A DNA stretch of 64,000 nucleotides from contig CAVYRF010000002.1 of the NCBI GenBank assembly GCA_963770895.1, forward strand, positions 1,600,001 through 1,664,000, in the 5' to 3' direction. The translations under genes and the position numbers were made by a program. The first letter of the stretch is position 1. Every line of letters begins with the position of its first letter. This DNA is from an uncultured Acidobacteriota bacterium. Its GTDB lineage: Bacteria > Acidobacteriota > Thermoanaerobaculia > Multivoradales > UBA5704. Below the pieces are notes generated by a model. The model was not told the DNA's origin. It did no database searches and saw only the letters and a program-made list of their open reading frames with translations. This document shows, piece after piece, positions 48,091 through 56,669 of the stretch.

Positions 48091-50136
48091 ATGGCCTACC
48101 AGGTCTTAGCTCGCAAGTGGCGCCCGCAGAATTTCTCGTCTCTGGTCGGGCAGGAAGCGATCGTCACGGCGCTGCGCAATGCTCTCGCCGAGGGCCGCAT
48201 TGCGCACGCCTACCTGTTTTCGGGCATCCGGGGCGTCGGCAAAACCACGGCTGCTCGCGTCCTCGCCAAGGCGCTCAACTGCGAGCGCGGACCCGCTCCC
48301 GATCCATGCAACGAATGCACGGCGTGTATCGAAATCACCCGCGGTTCCGACCTGGATGTGCTTGAGGTCGACGCCGCCACCTATTCAAAGGTCGAGCAGG
48401 TCCGCGAGCTGACCGAAAGCTTGCGCTACGGCCCGGCGCGCGACCGCCACAAGGTGGTCGTGCTCGACGAGGTCCATCGTCTATCGCGCCAGGCCTTTGA
48501 CGCGCTGCTCAAGATCGTCGAGGAGCCGCCCCCCTACCTGGTCTTCATCTTCGCCACGACCGAAATCGACGCCGTACCGGCGACCATCCTGTCGCGTTGC
48601 CAGGAGTACCACTTCCGCCGCGTGTCCGCGCCCGCCGTCGCCGGCCTGCTGCGCGAAATCTGCGACAGCGAATCCATCCAGGCCAGCGACAGCGCCCTTC
48701 GCCTGATCGCGCGCGCCGGCGAAGGCAGCGTTCGCGACGCCGTGGCGTTGCTCGATCAGCTTGCCACCTTCGGTTCGGGCACGATCGCCGACGAAGCCGC
48801 GGTGCATCTGCTCGGCGGCCTCGACCTTTCCCTGTTCCGCCGCCTGCTCGGCGCGGTTCTCGAGGGCGACGCCGTGGCGGTGTCCCGCGAAGCGCGCATG
48901 GTCGAGGACGAGGGCTGGGACGCCCGCCACGTGTTCGGCCAGTTCCTCACCTATTGCCGCGATGCCCTGCACCTCGCGTTGGGCGGCGATCTGCAGCAGG
49001 TGGACCTGGTCGCGGAAGAAGCGCAGGCGCTCGCCGACCTCGCGCGCGGCGCCGGCTACGAAAACCTGCTGCGCCTGCTCAACCAATTGCTGCTGAGCGA
49101 GCCCATGGTGCGCCGCTCCGAATCCGGCGCGCTCGCCGTCGAAATCGCCTGGCTGCGCGCCGCCGAGCTCCCCAAGCTGACCCGCGTCGAAGACCTGCTG
49201 CGCAGCGGCGCGCCTGCCACTGCCACACCGGGCGATCGCCGTGCCGCCCCTCAAGGGCATGCGGCATCTCCCGCCCAGCCGGTCCAGGCAGTCCAGCCGC
49301 GCGAAGCAACGGCCCCGCCGCGCCTGTCCCCGCCGCCAGCCGTCCCACCCGCAACCACCGCCAGGCCCGCAAACGGCCCATCCGGATCGGCGGCGCCCGC
49401 CACGGCGGCCACGCCCGGCGACCCGGCAACCGGCATGTCCACCGCTCCGGCGCCAACGGCGCCCGCACCGATGCCGGCCGCCGCCGCCACGGCACCGCAG
49501 AAACCTTCGCTGGCCTCGGCGCCAGCCGCGCCAGCTCCCGCGCCCGCAGCCGCGCCAGCTCTCGCGTCCGCAGCCGCGCCAGCTTTCGCGTCCGCAGCCG
49601 CGCCAGCTCCCGCGAACCCCGGCCCGGCTCCGGCCACGGCCACGGCTCCAGCCACTGCCGCCACGGCACCGCCGCCGCCGGCCACCGCGACCTCGGCTTC
49701 CGCTTCGGCTTCAGCCCAGACCCAGATCCAGGCGTTCCTCGACGAGGTGAGCGCGCGCAAACAGCCGCTGGCCGCCTATCTGGAACATGCCGGCCTGGCT
49801 CGCGAAGACGGCCGCCTGCTGATCCTGCTGCCGGCCGGCGACGCCTACCTCGGCTCACGCTTGCGCCAACCCGTCAATCGCGACACCATCTCCGCAGCGG
49901 TAGCCAAGGTCTGGGGCGAAGGCGCCACTTGGGATCTGGCCGAGAGCCCCGTCGCCAAGGGTTCCGCCGCCACTGCGGCGGGTGTCGCCACCCCCCGCGG
50001 CGAAGCGGCCGCCAATCCGCCGGCGCCGCTGGCTGCGGATGCCGCGGCCCTGATTCCAGCGGTGCAGACCCTGCTCGATATTTTCGGCGGCAAGGTCGAG
50101 GCCGTTGAGGAACATCGCAGCTTGAGAGAGGAATGA
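48091..50136 (+). CDS. dnaX: DNA polymerase III subunit gamma/tau
   Basis: MAYQVLARKWRPQ, HAYLFSGIRGVGKTT, Zn-binding Cys cluster, DEVH, ALLKIVEEPP and TILSRC. Confidence 0.98.
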   Translation: MAYQVLARKWRPQNFSSLVGQEAIVTALRNALAEGRIAHAYLFSGIRGVGKTTAARVLAKALNCERGPAPDPCNECTACIEITRGSDLDVLEVDAATYSKVEQVRELTESLRYGPARDRHKVVVLDEVHRLSRQAFDALLKIVEEPPPYLVFIFATTEIDAVPATILSRCQEYHFRRVSAPAVAGLLREICDSESIQASDSALRLIARAGEGSVRDAVALLDQLATFGSGTIADEAAVHLLGGLDLSLFRRLLGAVLEGDAVAVSREARMVEDEGWDARHVFGQFLTYCRDALHLALGGDLQQVDLVAEEAQALADLARGAGYENLLRLLNQLLLSEPMVRRSESGALAVEIAWLRAAELPKLTRVEDLLRSGAPATATPGDRRAAPQGHAASPAQPVQAVQPREATAPPRLSPPPAVPPATTARPANGPSGSAAPATAATPGDPATGMSTAPAPTAPAPMPAAAATAPQKPSLASAPAAPAPAPAAAPALASAAAPAFASAAAPAPANPGPAPATATAPATAATAPPPPATATSASASASAQTQIQAFLDEVSARKQPLAAYLEHAGLAREDGRLLILLPAGDAYLGSRLRQPVNRDTISAAVAKVWGEGATWDLAESPVAKGSAATAAGVATPRGEAAANPPAPLAADAAALIPAVQTLLDIFGGKVEAVEEHRSLREE

Positions 50137-50137
50137 C

Positions 50138-50434
50138 ATGAGCAGCATGCAGAAACTGATGAAGCAGGCGCAGCAGATGCTGGAGCGGCAGCAGCGCGAG
50201 CTGGCCGAAACCGTGGTCGAGGCGAGCGTCGGAGGCGGCATGGTTTCGGTCAAGATGAGCGGCCACAAGCAGCTCGTCTCCGTCAAGATCGATCCCGAAG
50301 CGATGGACAAGGAAGACCCCTCGATGCTGGAAGATCTGATCGTGGCCGCCGTCAACGAAGCCGGCCGCAAGGTCGAGGAGACCATGCAGGGGCGCATGGG
50401 AGCGCTCGCCGCCGGGCTTCCGGGACTGTTCTGA
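50138..50434 (+). CDS. ybaB: YbaB/EbfC nucleoid-associated protein
   Basis: MKQAQQM..GGGMVSV..IDP..D..MLEDLIVAAVNEA, between dnaX and recR. Confidence 0.95.
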   Translation: MSSMQKLMKQAQQMLERQQRELAETVVEASVGGGMVSVKMSGHKQLVSVKIDPEAMDKEDPSMLEDLIVAAVNEAGRKVEETMQGRMGALAAGLPGLF

Positions 50435-51054
50435 GCACCGCCTCGTCCGGGTCCGGCGCCGCCCGCCAGGCCGGCGATCCCCTTGCGCGCGTCATCGGCG
50501 AGCTGTCGCGTCTGCCTGGGATCGGCCCGAAGACGGCATCCCGCCTTGCACACCACCTGCTGAAAGTGCCCGCCAGCGAAGCGCAGGCGCTCGCTCAGGC
50601 GATCGTGGATGTCCGCGAGAAGCTGTTCCACTGCTCTCTGTGCAACGCCATCACCGCCTTCGATCCCTGCCGTTTCTGCGCCGACGAGCAGCGCGACCGC
50701 TCCCAGATCTGCGTCGTCGAGGAGCCCTTCAACATCGCCCCCATCGAACGCACCGGCGAATATCACGGCCTGTACCACGTGCTGCTCGGCGCGCTCTCGC
50801 CCCACCGCGGCATCGGACCCGACAGGCTGGCGATTCCGGGGCTCTTCACCCGCCTGGAGGGCATTGCCGAGATCGTGCTCGCCACCAATCCCAACGTGGA
50901 AGGCGAGGCAACAGCCCTCTATCTCGCGCGGCTGATCAAGCCGCGCGGCATCCGCGTCACCCGTCTCGCCTTCGGCATGCCGGTCGGCGGCGACATCGAG
51001 TACACGGATGAGGTGACGCTGGGCCGCTCCCTCGCCGGCCGGCGCGAGATGTGA
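50431..51054 (+). CDS. recR: Recombination mediator RecR (probable CTG start)
   Basis: The conserved LSRLPGIGPKTASRLAHHLL lies upstream of the ORF-track start. Also C4 zinc finger, ICVVE, YHVL.G, ATNPNVEGEATA and DIEYTDEVTL. Confidence 0.95.
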   Translation: MSTASSGSGAARQAGDPLARVIGELSRLPGIGPKTASRLAHHLLKVPASEAQALAQAIVDVREKLFHCSLCNAITAFDPCRFCADEQRDRSQICVVEEPFNIAPIERTGEYHGLYHVLLGALSPHRGIGPDRLAIPGLFTRLEGIAEIVLATNPNVEGEATALYLARLIKPRGIRVTRLAFGMPVGGDIEYTDEVTLGRSLAGRREM

Positions 51055-52400
51055 GCGCCGGCGGCGATCGCCTGCCGCGCATCGTCTGCCCGCCGCCGGG
51101 CCCGCGCTCGCGCGAGCTGGCGCGACAGCTCGCCCGCCGCGAAGCGCCCGGCGTCAACACCACCGGCAGCGGCAGCCACCCCATCCTGTGGGAGGAGGCA
51201 AGCGGTGCAACCGTCGTCGACGTGGACGGCAACCGCTATCTCGACCTCACGTCTGGCTTCGGCGTCGCCGCCGTCGGCCATCGCCACCCGCGGGTGGTCG
51301 CCGCGCTGCGCCGCCAGGCCGGCCGCCTGCTGCACGGCCTGGGCGACGTGCACGCACACCCCGCCCGCGTCGAGCTTGCGGTCCGCCTCGCCCGCCTGGC
51401 GCCGATGCCGCGGGCGCAGGTCTTCTTTGCCACCTCGGGCGCCGAGGCCGTCGAGATCGCCCTCAAGACCGCGCTCGCCGCCACCGGCCGGCCGGCCATG
51501 ATCGCCTTCTCGCCGTCCTACCACGGGCTGACTCTGGGAGCCCTGGCCGCCACCTCGCGCCGCGAGTTCCGCGCCCCGTTCGCTCCCTATCTGCACCCGC
51601 ACGTCCGCCGCCTTCCCTTCGGCTGCCCACCGGCGGAGCTCGCCGCGGCGCTGGCCCCGCCACCCGCGCGGCGCCGCACCGCCGCCACCGCCGGCAAACT
51701 CACGGCCGGTGCGGACGGCGCTGCCGGCGCCGTGATCGTCGAACCGATCGTCGGCCGCGAAGGAGTCCTGCTGCCGCCGCCAGGCTGGCTTGCCGAAGTG
51801 GCGCGCCTGTGCCGCGACGCCGGCGCCATCCTGATCGCCGACGAGATCTTTACCGGCTTCGGCAGGACCGGCTCGCTCTTCGCCGTCGACGCCGAAGGCG
51901 TAGTCCCCGATCTCCTGTGCTGCGGCAAGGCACTGGGCGGCGGCCTGCCGATCGCCGCCGTTCTGGGCCGGCGCGAGCTGCTCGCCGTGTGGAAGACTCC
52001 CGGCGAGGCCCTGCACACCTCCACATTCCTGGCCAACCCGCCTGCCTGCGCCGCCGCTCTCGCCGTGCTCGACATCCTGGCGCGCGACCGCCTGCCGGAG
52101 CGAGCGGCCCGTCTGGGCGCAATCGTGGCCCGCCGTCTGGCCGCCTGGCCGGATCGCCATGGCCTGGTCGCCTGTCGCGGGCGCGGCCTGCTGTGGGGCG
52201 TCGAGCTGCACACGCGCAGGCGCGCCAGCCAGGTGGTGGCGGCGGCCCGCCGGCGCGGTCTCCTCCTGCTGGCCGGCGGCCCCGGCGGCCAGGTCCTGCA
52301 GCTGGTGCCCCCCCTGACGATCAGCCAGGTCCAGCTGGCGCACGCCCTCGATCTGCTGGAATCGGCGCTGGCGGAAACCGCGCCCGCCCGCCGCCTGTAA
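51051..52400 (+). CDS. Class III PLP-dependent aminotransferase
   Basis: DVDGNRYLD, SGAEAVEIALK, YHG, EPIVG, LIADEIFTGFGRTG, GKALGGG and STFLANP. Confidence 0.93.
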   Translation: MSAGGDRLPRIVCPPPGPRSRELARQLARREAPGVNTTGSGSHPILWEEASGATVVDVDGNRYLDLTSGFGVAAVGHRHPRVVAALRRQAGRLLHGLGDVHAHPARVELAVRLARLAPMPRAQVFFATSGAEAVEIALKTALAATGRPAMIAFSPSYHGLTLGALAATSRREFRAPFAPYLHPHVRRLPFGCPPAELAAALAPPPARRRTAATAGKLTAGADGAAGAVIVEPIVGREGVLLPPPGWLAEVARLCRDAGAILIADEIFTGFGRTGSLFAVDAEGVVPDLLCCGKALGGGLPIAAVLGRRELLAVWKTPGEALHTSTFLANPPACAAALAVLDILARDRLPERAARLGAIVARRLAAWPDRHGLVACRGRGLLWGVELHTRRRASQVVAAARRRGLLLLAGGPGGQVLQLVPPLTISQVQLAHALDLLESALAETAPARRL

Positions 52401-52471
52401 CACGGCCGCGGCTGCTGCGGCCGCAGATCGCAGGTGGATCGCGTCGGATCCTCCGCTACAATGGTCGCACT

Positions 52472-53473
52472 TTGAGCACCGAGAACGTCCTGCGGCAGTG
52501 GGAGCTCTTCTCCCACTTCGCTGACTCACAGCTCGACCGGCTGGCCGGCTGCGCGCAGTGGCGGCAGGCGGAGAGCGGCACGGCGATCGTGCGGGAAGGA
52601 GAACCCTCGCTGGAGGCCTACTTCATCGCCGCCGGCGGCGTCCGCATCCAGCGCAAGACTCCTTACGGTCTGTTCACCCTGGCCACGCTCAAGCCCGGCG
52701 ACCTGTTCGGCGAAACCAGCTTTGTCGACGGCAACGCCCGCTCCGGCGACGCCATGGCGATCAAGCCGTGCCAGCTGATGGCGCTCAATCCCCAGGCGAT
52801 CTCCCTGGCGATGGAGAGCGATCCGGCGTTCAGCGTCTCGCTGCATTGGGCGTTCTGGAAGAGCCTCTCCTTCAAACTGCGCCAGACCAACGACCAGCTG
52901 ACCCGGTTCTTCTCCAAGTCGGGCAAGCCGCCCAGCGTCCAGGCGCCCGCGGCGCCAGGCGTCGCCGACGACTTTCGCGTCGACCTGGCCTCGAAGCGCA
53001 AGCTCTTTCAGGAGCAGAAGCTCTCCAGCCTGGAGATCAACTTCCTGGCCTCGCTGTCGCGCGAAAAGAAGTTCGCGCCCCACCAGCAGATCTTCCGCGA
53101 GGGCGAGCAGGGCGACGAAATGTACGTCCTTCTGGAAGGGCGGGTGATGATCAGCAAGTTCATCCCCGGCGCCGGCGAAGAAGCGCTCGCCTTCCTCGAG
53201 CGCGGCGACTACTTCGGCGAGATGGCGCTGATCGACAACCGCGAGCGCTCGGCGGACGCGACCGCCTCCGACCAGGGCGCCGTCGTGCTGGCCATTCCGC
53301 GCGAGGTGCTGGTCGGCATCCTCGACATCCAGCGCGTTTCTTCGCTGCGCCTGCTGCGCCTGCTCTGCACCCTGGTGGCCCGGCGGCTGCGCGAGCTGGA
53401 CGACAAGATCATCGGCTGGTTCATCCTGGCCGGCGGCTCGGCAACCGGCTGGCCGGTCGGCCGCGACGCCTGA
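52472..53473 (+). CDS. Tandem cyclic-nucleotide-binding domain protein (no HTH seen)
   Basis: Two CAP_ED-like domains, IVREGE..GDLFGETSF..RSGDA and IFREGEQGD.MY..GDYFGEMALID..RSADA. TTG start inferred. Confidence 0.9.
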   Translation: MSTENVLRQWELFSHFADSQLDRLAGCAQWRQAESGTAIVREGEPSLEAYFIAAGGVRIQRKTPYGLFTLATLKPGDLFGETSFVDGNARSGDAMAIKPCQLMALNPQAISLAMESDPAFSVSLHWAFWKSLSFKLRQTNDQLTRFFSKSGKPPSVQAPAAPGVADDFRVDLASKRKLFQEQKLSSLEINFLASLSREKKFAPHQQIFREGEQGDEMYVLLEGRVMISKFIPGAGEEALAFLERGDYFGEMALIDNRERSADATASDQGAVVLAIPREVLVGILDIQRVSSLRLLRLLCTLVARRLRELDDKIIGWFILAGGSATGWPVGRDA

Positions 53474-54731
53474 CCCCGCCGCCGCTCGACGCGACACTCG
53501 CGTCCGCTTCCGCGCCTTTCACCAGCGCCAGCACCTTCGTCACCAGGGACGAAGTCGCCAGCCCCGCCAGCTCGTCCGCCGCAAACCACCCGCCTGACAC
53601 CGCCTCGGCAACCTCGTCAGCCTCGTGGTCGCGGCGACCGGCGGGCCAGGAGGCAGTTTCGGCATCGCTCGCCGGCGTGTCAGCCGATGCGAAGGCCGTT
53701 GCCTCCCAACCGGGAGCATTGGCTTGCTCGCCAGGAGGGATCGTGCGGCCGTCGCCGGTCGCCGCATCCCCTGATGCGAGCTGTTCGGCAAGACAGACGG
53801 TCACTTCCAGGTTCCGGTAGGTGATCCCGTGCCGCACCATACCGATGGGCGCCGCCAGGCGCCAACCGCCGCCGTATTTTGCCGCCAGCGCGGCGGCGGC
53901 CTCCACGGCGCCGTCCTGCCCGTCGATCCACGGCAGCTCCCAGGTGCCGGCCAGGAGGCTGCTCCGTTCGGAGCGCCGAAACAGCAGCACGCTGCCCTGG
54001 CGCCGGGCCACCGCCACCACCAGGCGCCGGATCTCGCCGGCACGCCGCTTCCTGGGCGGCGGGTAGCTCTCCTGCGTGCCGCTCGCCGCCGCCAGGCACC
54101 CGCGCCGCACCGGGCAGAGCAGGCAGCGCGGCCGCTGCGGCACGCAAAGGGTCGCGCCCAGCTCCATCAGCGCCTGGTTGCTGTCGCCGGGCCGCGCCGG
54201 ATCGACCAGCGCCGCCGCCGCCGCCAGCAGCCGAGCGCGAGCGTCACGGCGCTTGGGATCCGCATCCAGCGCCAGCCGGCGCGCCATCACGCGCTCGACG
54301 TTGCCGTCGAGCACCGGCGCCGCGACGCCGAAGGCGATGCTCGCCACCGCCGCCGCCGTATAGGCGCCGATGCCGGGCAGAGCCAGCAACCCCGCGACCG
54401 TGCGCGGGAACCCGCCCGCCGCCACCACCTGCGCCGCCGCGGCGTGCAGCTGCCGCGCCCGCCGGTAGTACCCCAGGCCCGACCAGAGCGCCAACACCTC
54501 GGCAAGCGGCGCCCGCGCCAGCTCCTCGACGCTGCCAAAGCGCGCCAGGAAGCGCTCATAGAATGGCAACACCGCCTCCACGCGCGTCTGCTGCAGCATC
54601 ACCTCTGACACCCAGATCCGGTAGGGGTCGGTCGTCCGCCGCCAAGGCAGATCCCGCCGATGCCGATCAAACCAAGCCAACAGCTCCGCCGCGTCCTCGC
54701 TCGCCGTCATCGCCGGATCACCCGCCTTCAT
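53421..54731 (-). CDS. mutY: A/G-specific adenine glycosylase
   Basis: RDLPWR..PYRIWVSEVMLQQT, WSGLGYYRRAR, LPGIGAYTA, DGNVERV and NQALMELGATLC..PRC..CP...C. Confidence 0.96.
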   Translation of the reverse strand: MKAGDPAMTASEDAAELLAWFDRHRRDLPWRRTTDPYRIWVSEVMLQQTRVEAVLPFYERFLARFGSVEELARAPLAEVLALWSGLGYYRRARQLHAAAAQVVAAGGFPRTVAGLLALPGIGAYTAAAVASIAFGVAAPVLDGNVERVMARRLALDADPKRRDARARLLAAAAALVDPARPGDSNQALMELGATLCVPQRPRCLLCPVRRGCLAAASGTQESYPPPRKRRAGEIRRLVVAVARRQGSVLLFRRSERSSLLAGTWELPWIDGQDGAVEAAAALAAKYGGGWRLAAPIGMVRHGITYRNLEVTVCLAEQLASGDAATGDGRTIPPGEQANAPGWEATAFASADTPASDAETASWPAGRRDHEADEVAEAVSGGWFAADELAGLATSSLVTKVLALVKGAEADASVASSGGGVRRRGRPASRLPSRRPG

Positions 54732-54854
54732 CCGCGTGGTTGCCTCGGTACCGCTATGATCAGAGCCCGCTATGGCCTCCAGCAGCGGATCTTAGACCCG
54801 GTGCGGGAGTAGCCCGTGTCAGAAACTCACTACACCTGTTCGTGGCGGCAGCCA

Positions 54855-55049
54855 GGGCTGCCGCCGGGCTCGGCACTCCCGGCAGGTCGGCCGGGGCTGC
54901 CGCCGGGCCCGGCACTCCCGGCAGGGAAGCCGGGGCTGTCGCCTGGCCCGGCACTCCCCGCAGGTCGGCCGGGGCTGCCGCCGGGCCCGGCATTCCCGGC
55001 AGGGAAGCCGGGGCTGTCGCCTGGCCCGGCACTCCCCGCAGGGAGCAAG
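54855..55049. repeat. 39-bp tandem repeat, 5 copies
   Basis: GGGCTG(C/T)CGCC(G/T)GGCCCGGCACTCCC(G/C)GCAGG(TCG/GAA)GCCG at 54855, 54894, 54933, 54972 and 55011. Confidence 0.95.
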
Positions 55050-55470
55050 CTGCCAGAGGGGTGGACGCGCCGCACGCCACATCGGCTCACCGCGCCAATC
55101 TATACAGCGTAAAGGCCATTTTGGCGTCAGCAGTTGGCGGTTCGGCGTACGAATTGCTGCGGGAGCGCTCGGCGCCAGCCAGCGATGAAGCGGCTCCTGC
55201 GAGCGGCACCCTGGAGAGAAACCATGAACTGGTTGGTTCCAGGGGTGCCGGTCCGCCCGGTATCCGTCCCAGACACCCGCTCGGCCCCGCCGCCGGAAAC
55301 CCAGATCGCGGAGGCCCAGCGCTGGAGCGCACGCTGACGCCTCGGCCAAGTCTCGATGCGCCGCGCCGCTCGGGCCGGGTGTCTTGTGAGGAGGGCGCAA
55401 GGGTCTTGTAGAGAGGTCGGAAGGTTGGCGGCAGGCAGGCACCTTACTCTGGACTAACGATAGTTTGGAA

Positions 55471-55487
55471 TAGGCATGGCGCTTGCA
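55471..55487 (+). promoter_or_regulatory. Putative sigma54 (-24/-12) promoter
   Basis: TAGGCATGGCGCTTGCA has GG(55473-74)-N10-GC(55485-86), close to the TGGCACG-N4-TTGCW consensus. Confidence 0.6.
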
Positions 55488-55497
55488 GATGTTAGGA

Positions 55498-55699
55498 GAC
55501 AACATCGAGAAACCACGAGGGGGAGGCTCCCAACCAACCAACCAAATCCCACCAACCGAGAAGCCCTCAAGGCATCTCAACCTCAATCAAAGCCCTCCTA
55601 AACCCCCTATAAACAGGGGTATAGCCTCAAAGCCCACCTCCTAAAAAGGGACCTCCCCCCTGAAGTGCCCCGGCGAACAGCCGGGGCACTTTGTCTTTT
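55498..55699 (+). ncRNA. Candidate ~200-nt A/C-rich small RNA
   Basis: Bounded by a sigma54-like promoter and an intrinsic terminator. A 5'/3' closing stem encloses a G-poor loop. No convincing ORF. Confidence 0.55.
55663..55699 (+). terminator. Rho-independent terminator
   Basis: AAGTGCCCCGGC-GAACA-GCCGGGGCACTT followed by TGTCTTTT. Confidence 0.85.
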
Positions 55700-56476
55700 A
55701 GGCCTACCTCTTTGCAAAAAGGTTTTACGCACCCGCTCTCTCCAACGTCGCCCCACAAGCCAGGGAGCCCCGCCTCCCAGCCAAGCGCACCCAAGCAGAC
55801 ATTCGTCGCAACGACATCGACCGGGCAACCGTGACCGCCGCGGCCCGGCACTCCGCCCATCTGTCGCCCGCAGGAGTCCCCGCGCCCCAACGCCCCTGCG
55901 TTTCCGTCCCTCGGCGGCGCTCTGGCTGCCAAGCGACCATTTTGCCGCCAGGCCTCACAGCTCCGCGAGCCCCAGCCGCTACGACCGAGAGGTGCCCTCC
56001 CGCCTCCGCCACCACTCGCCAAAGAACATCGAGCGCAGCGGCCGCCGTCTGACCTGACCAGCGCCGCCCCGGCACCCACCGCGCCACGCCATACCGCCAC
56101 GCCGTCGCGCCATGCCGGCACGTCGCCGCCACCGCCCCATCACACCACGCACCCTGGGGTGCTAGTTACCTTTTGAAGTCCGCATCCTGGAAACCTCTGG
56201 ACGCACGGATCCCAGCGCTCTGGAGTAGAGCGCTGGGGAGGTCCCAGGTGGATGGGCTGGAGAATCTACCCCTGCGAGAGGGGAACTGGCTGGGCTTTTA
56301 GAGGATGAGACCCGCAGGCGATCTCTTCAAGGAAGGGTGTGGTGCGGTTGGTGGGACCTCCCCCTCGTGCGTTCGTGCTACTCATGCCAAAGACGTTCTG
56401 CAATATGCATACCTGCTTTGGAGAGTAGGATTGCGACCGGGGCCGTTCATGGAGGACTTGCGGAGTCAGGGTGCTG

Positions 56477-56587
56477 TGGTATGATTCGCCGTTGTAGCCA
56501 AGCACGCAAAGACCCGAAGGCAATCGAGCGAGTACTAGTGGATAGGTGTGTGGATTTTTCCACAGACTGTGGATTTTCTGTGGATTT
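56477..56587 (+). promoter_or_regulatory. dnaA promoter with DnaA-box cluster (autoregulatory and/or part of oriC)
   Basis: Extended -10 TG-G-TATGAT (56477-56485). DnaA-box-like AGTGGATAG 56537, TGTGGATTT at 56549, 56568 and 56579, and TTTTCCACA 56556. Confidence 0.8.
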
Positions 56588-56669
56588 TGATCTGTTCCGC
56601 CCTCGCTTCTCGCTATCCTTTTGAGTAGCAAGCCAGGCCGCGTTTCTAGAGAGAGGTTGCGTAATCTCC

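Noticed and set aside
49200-49740. Programmed -1 frameshift site producing DnaX gamma
   Set aside because: No A-AAA-AAG or poly-A slippery run was seen in the linker region.
54855-55049. 39-bp repeat as a CRISPR array
   Set aside because: The copies are head-to-tail with no spacers.
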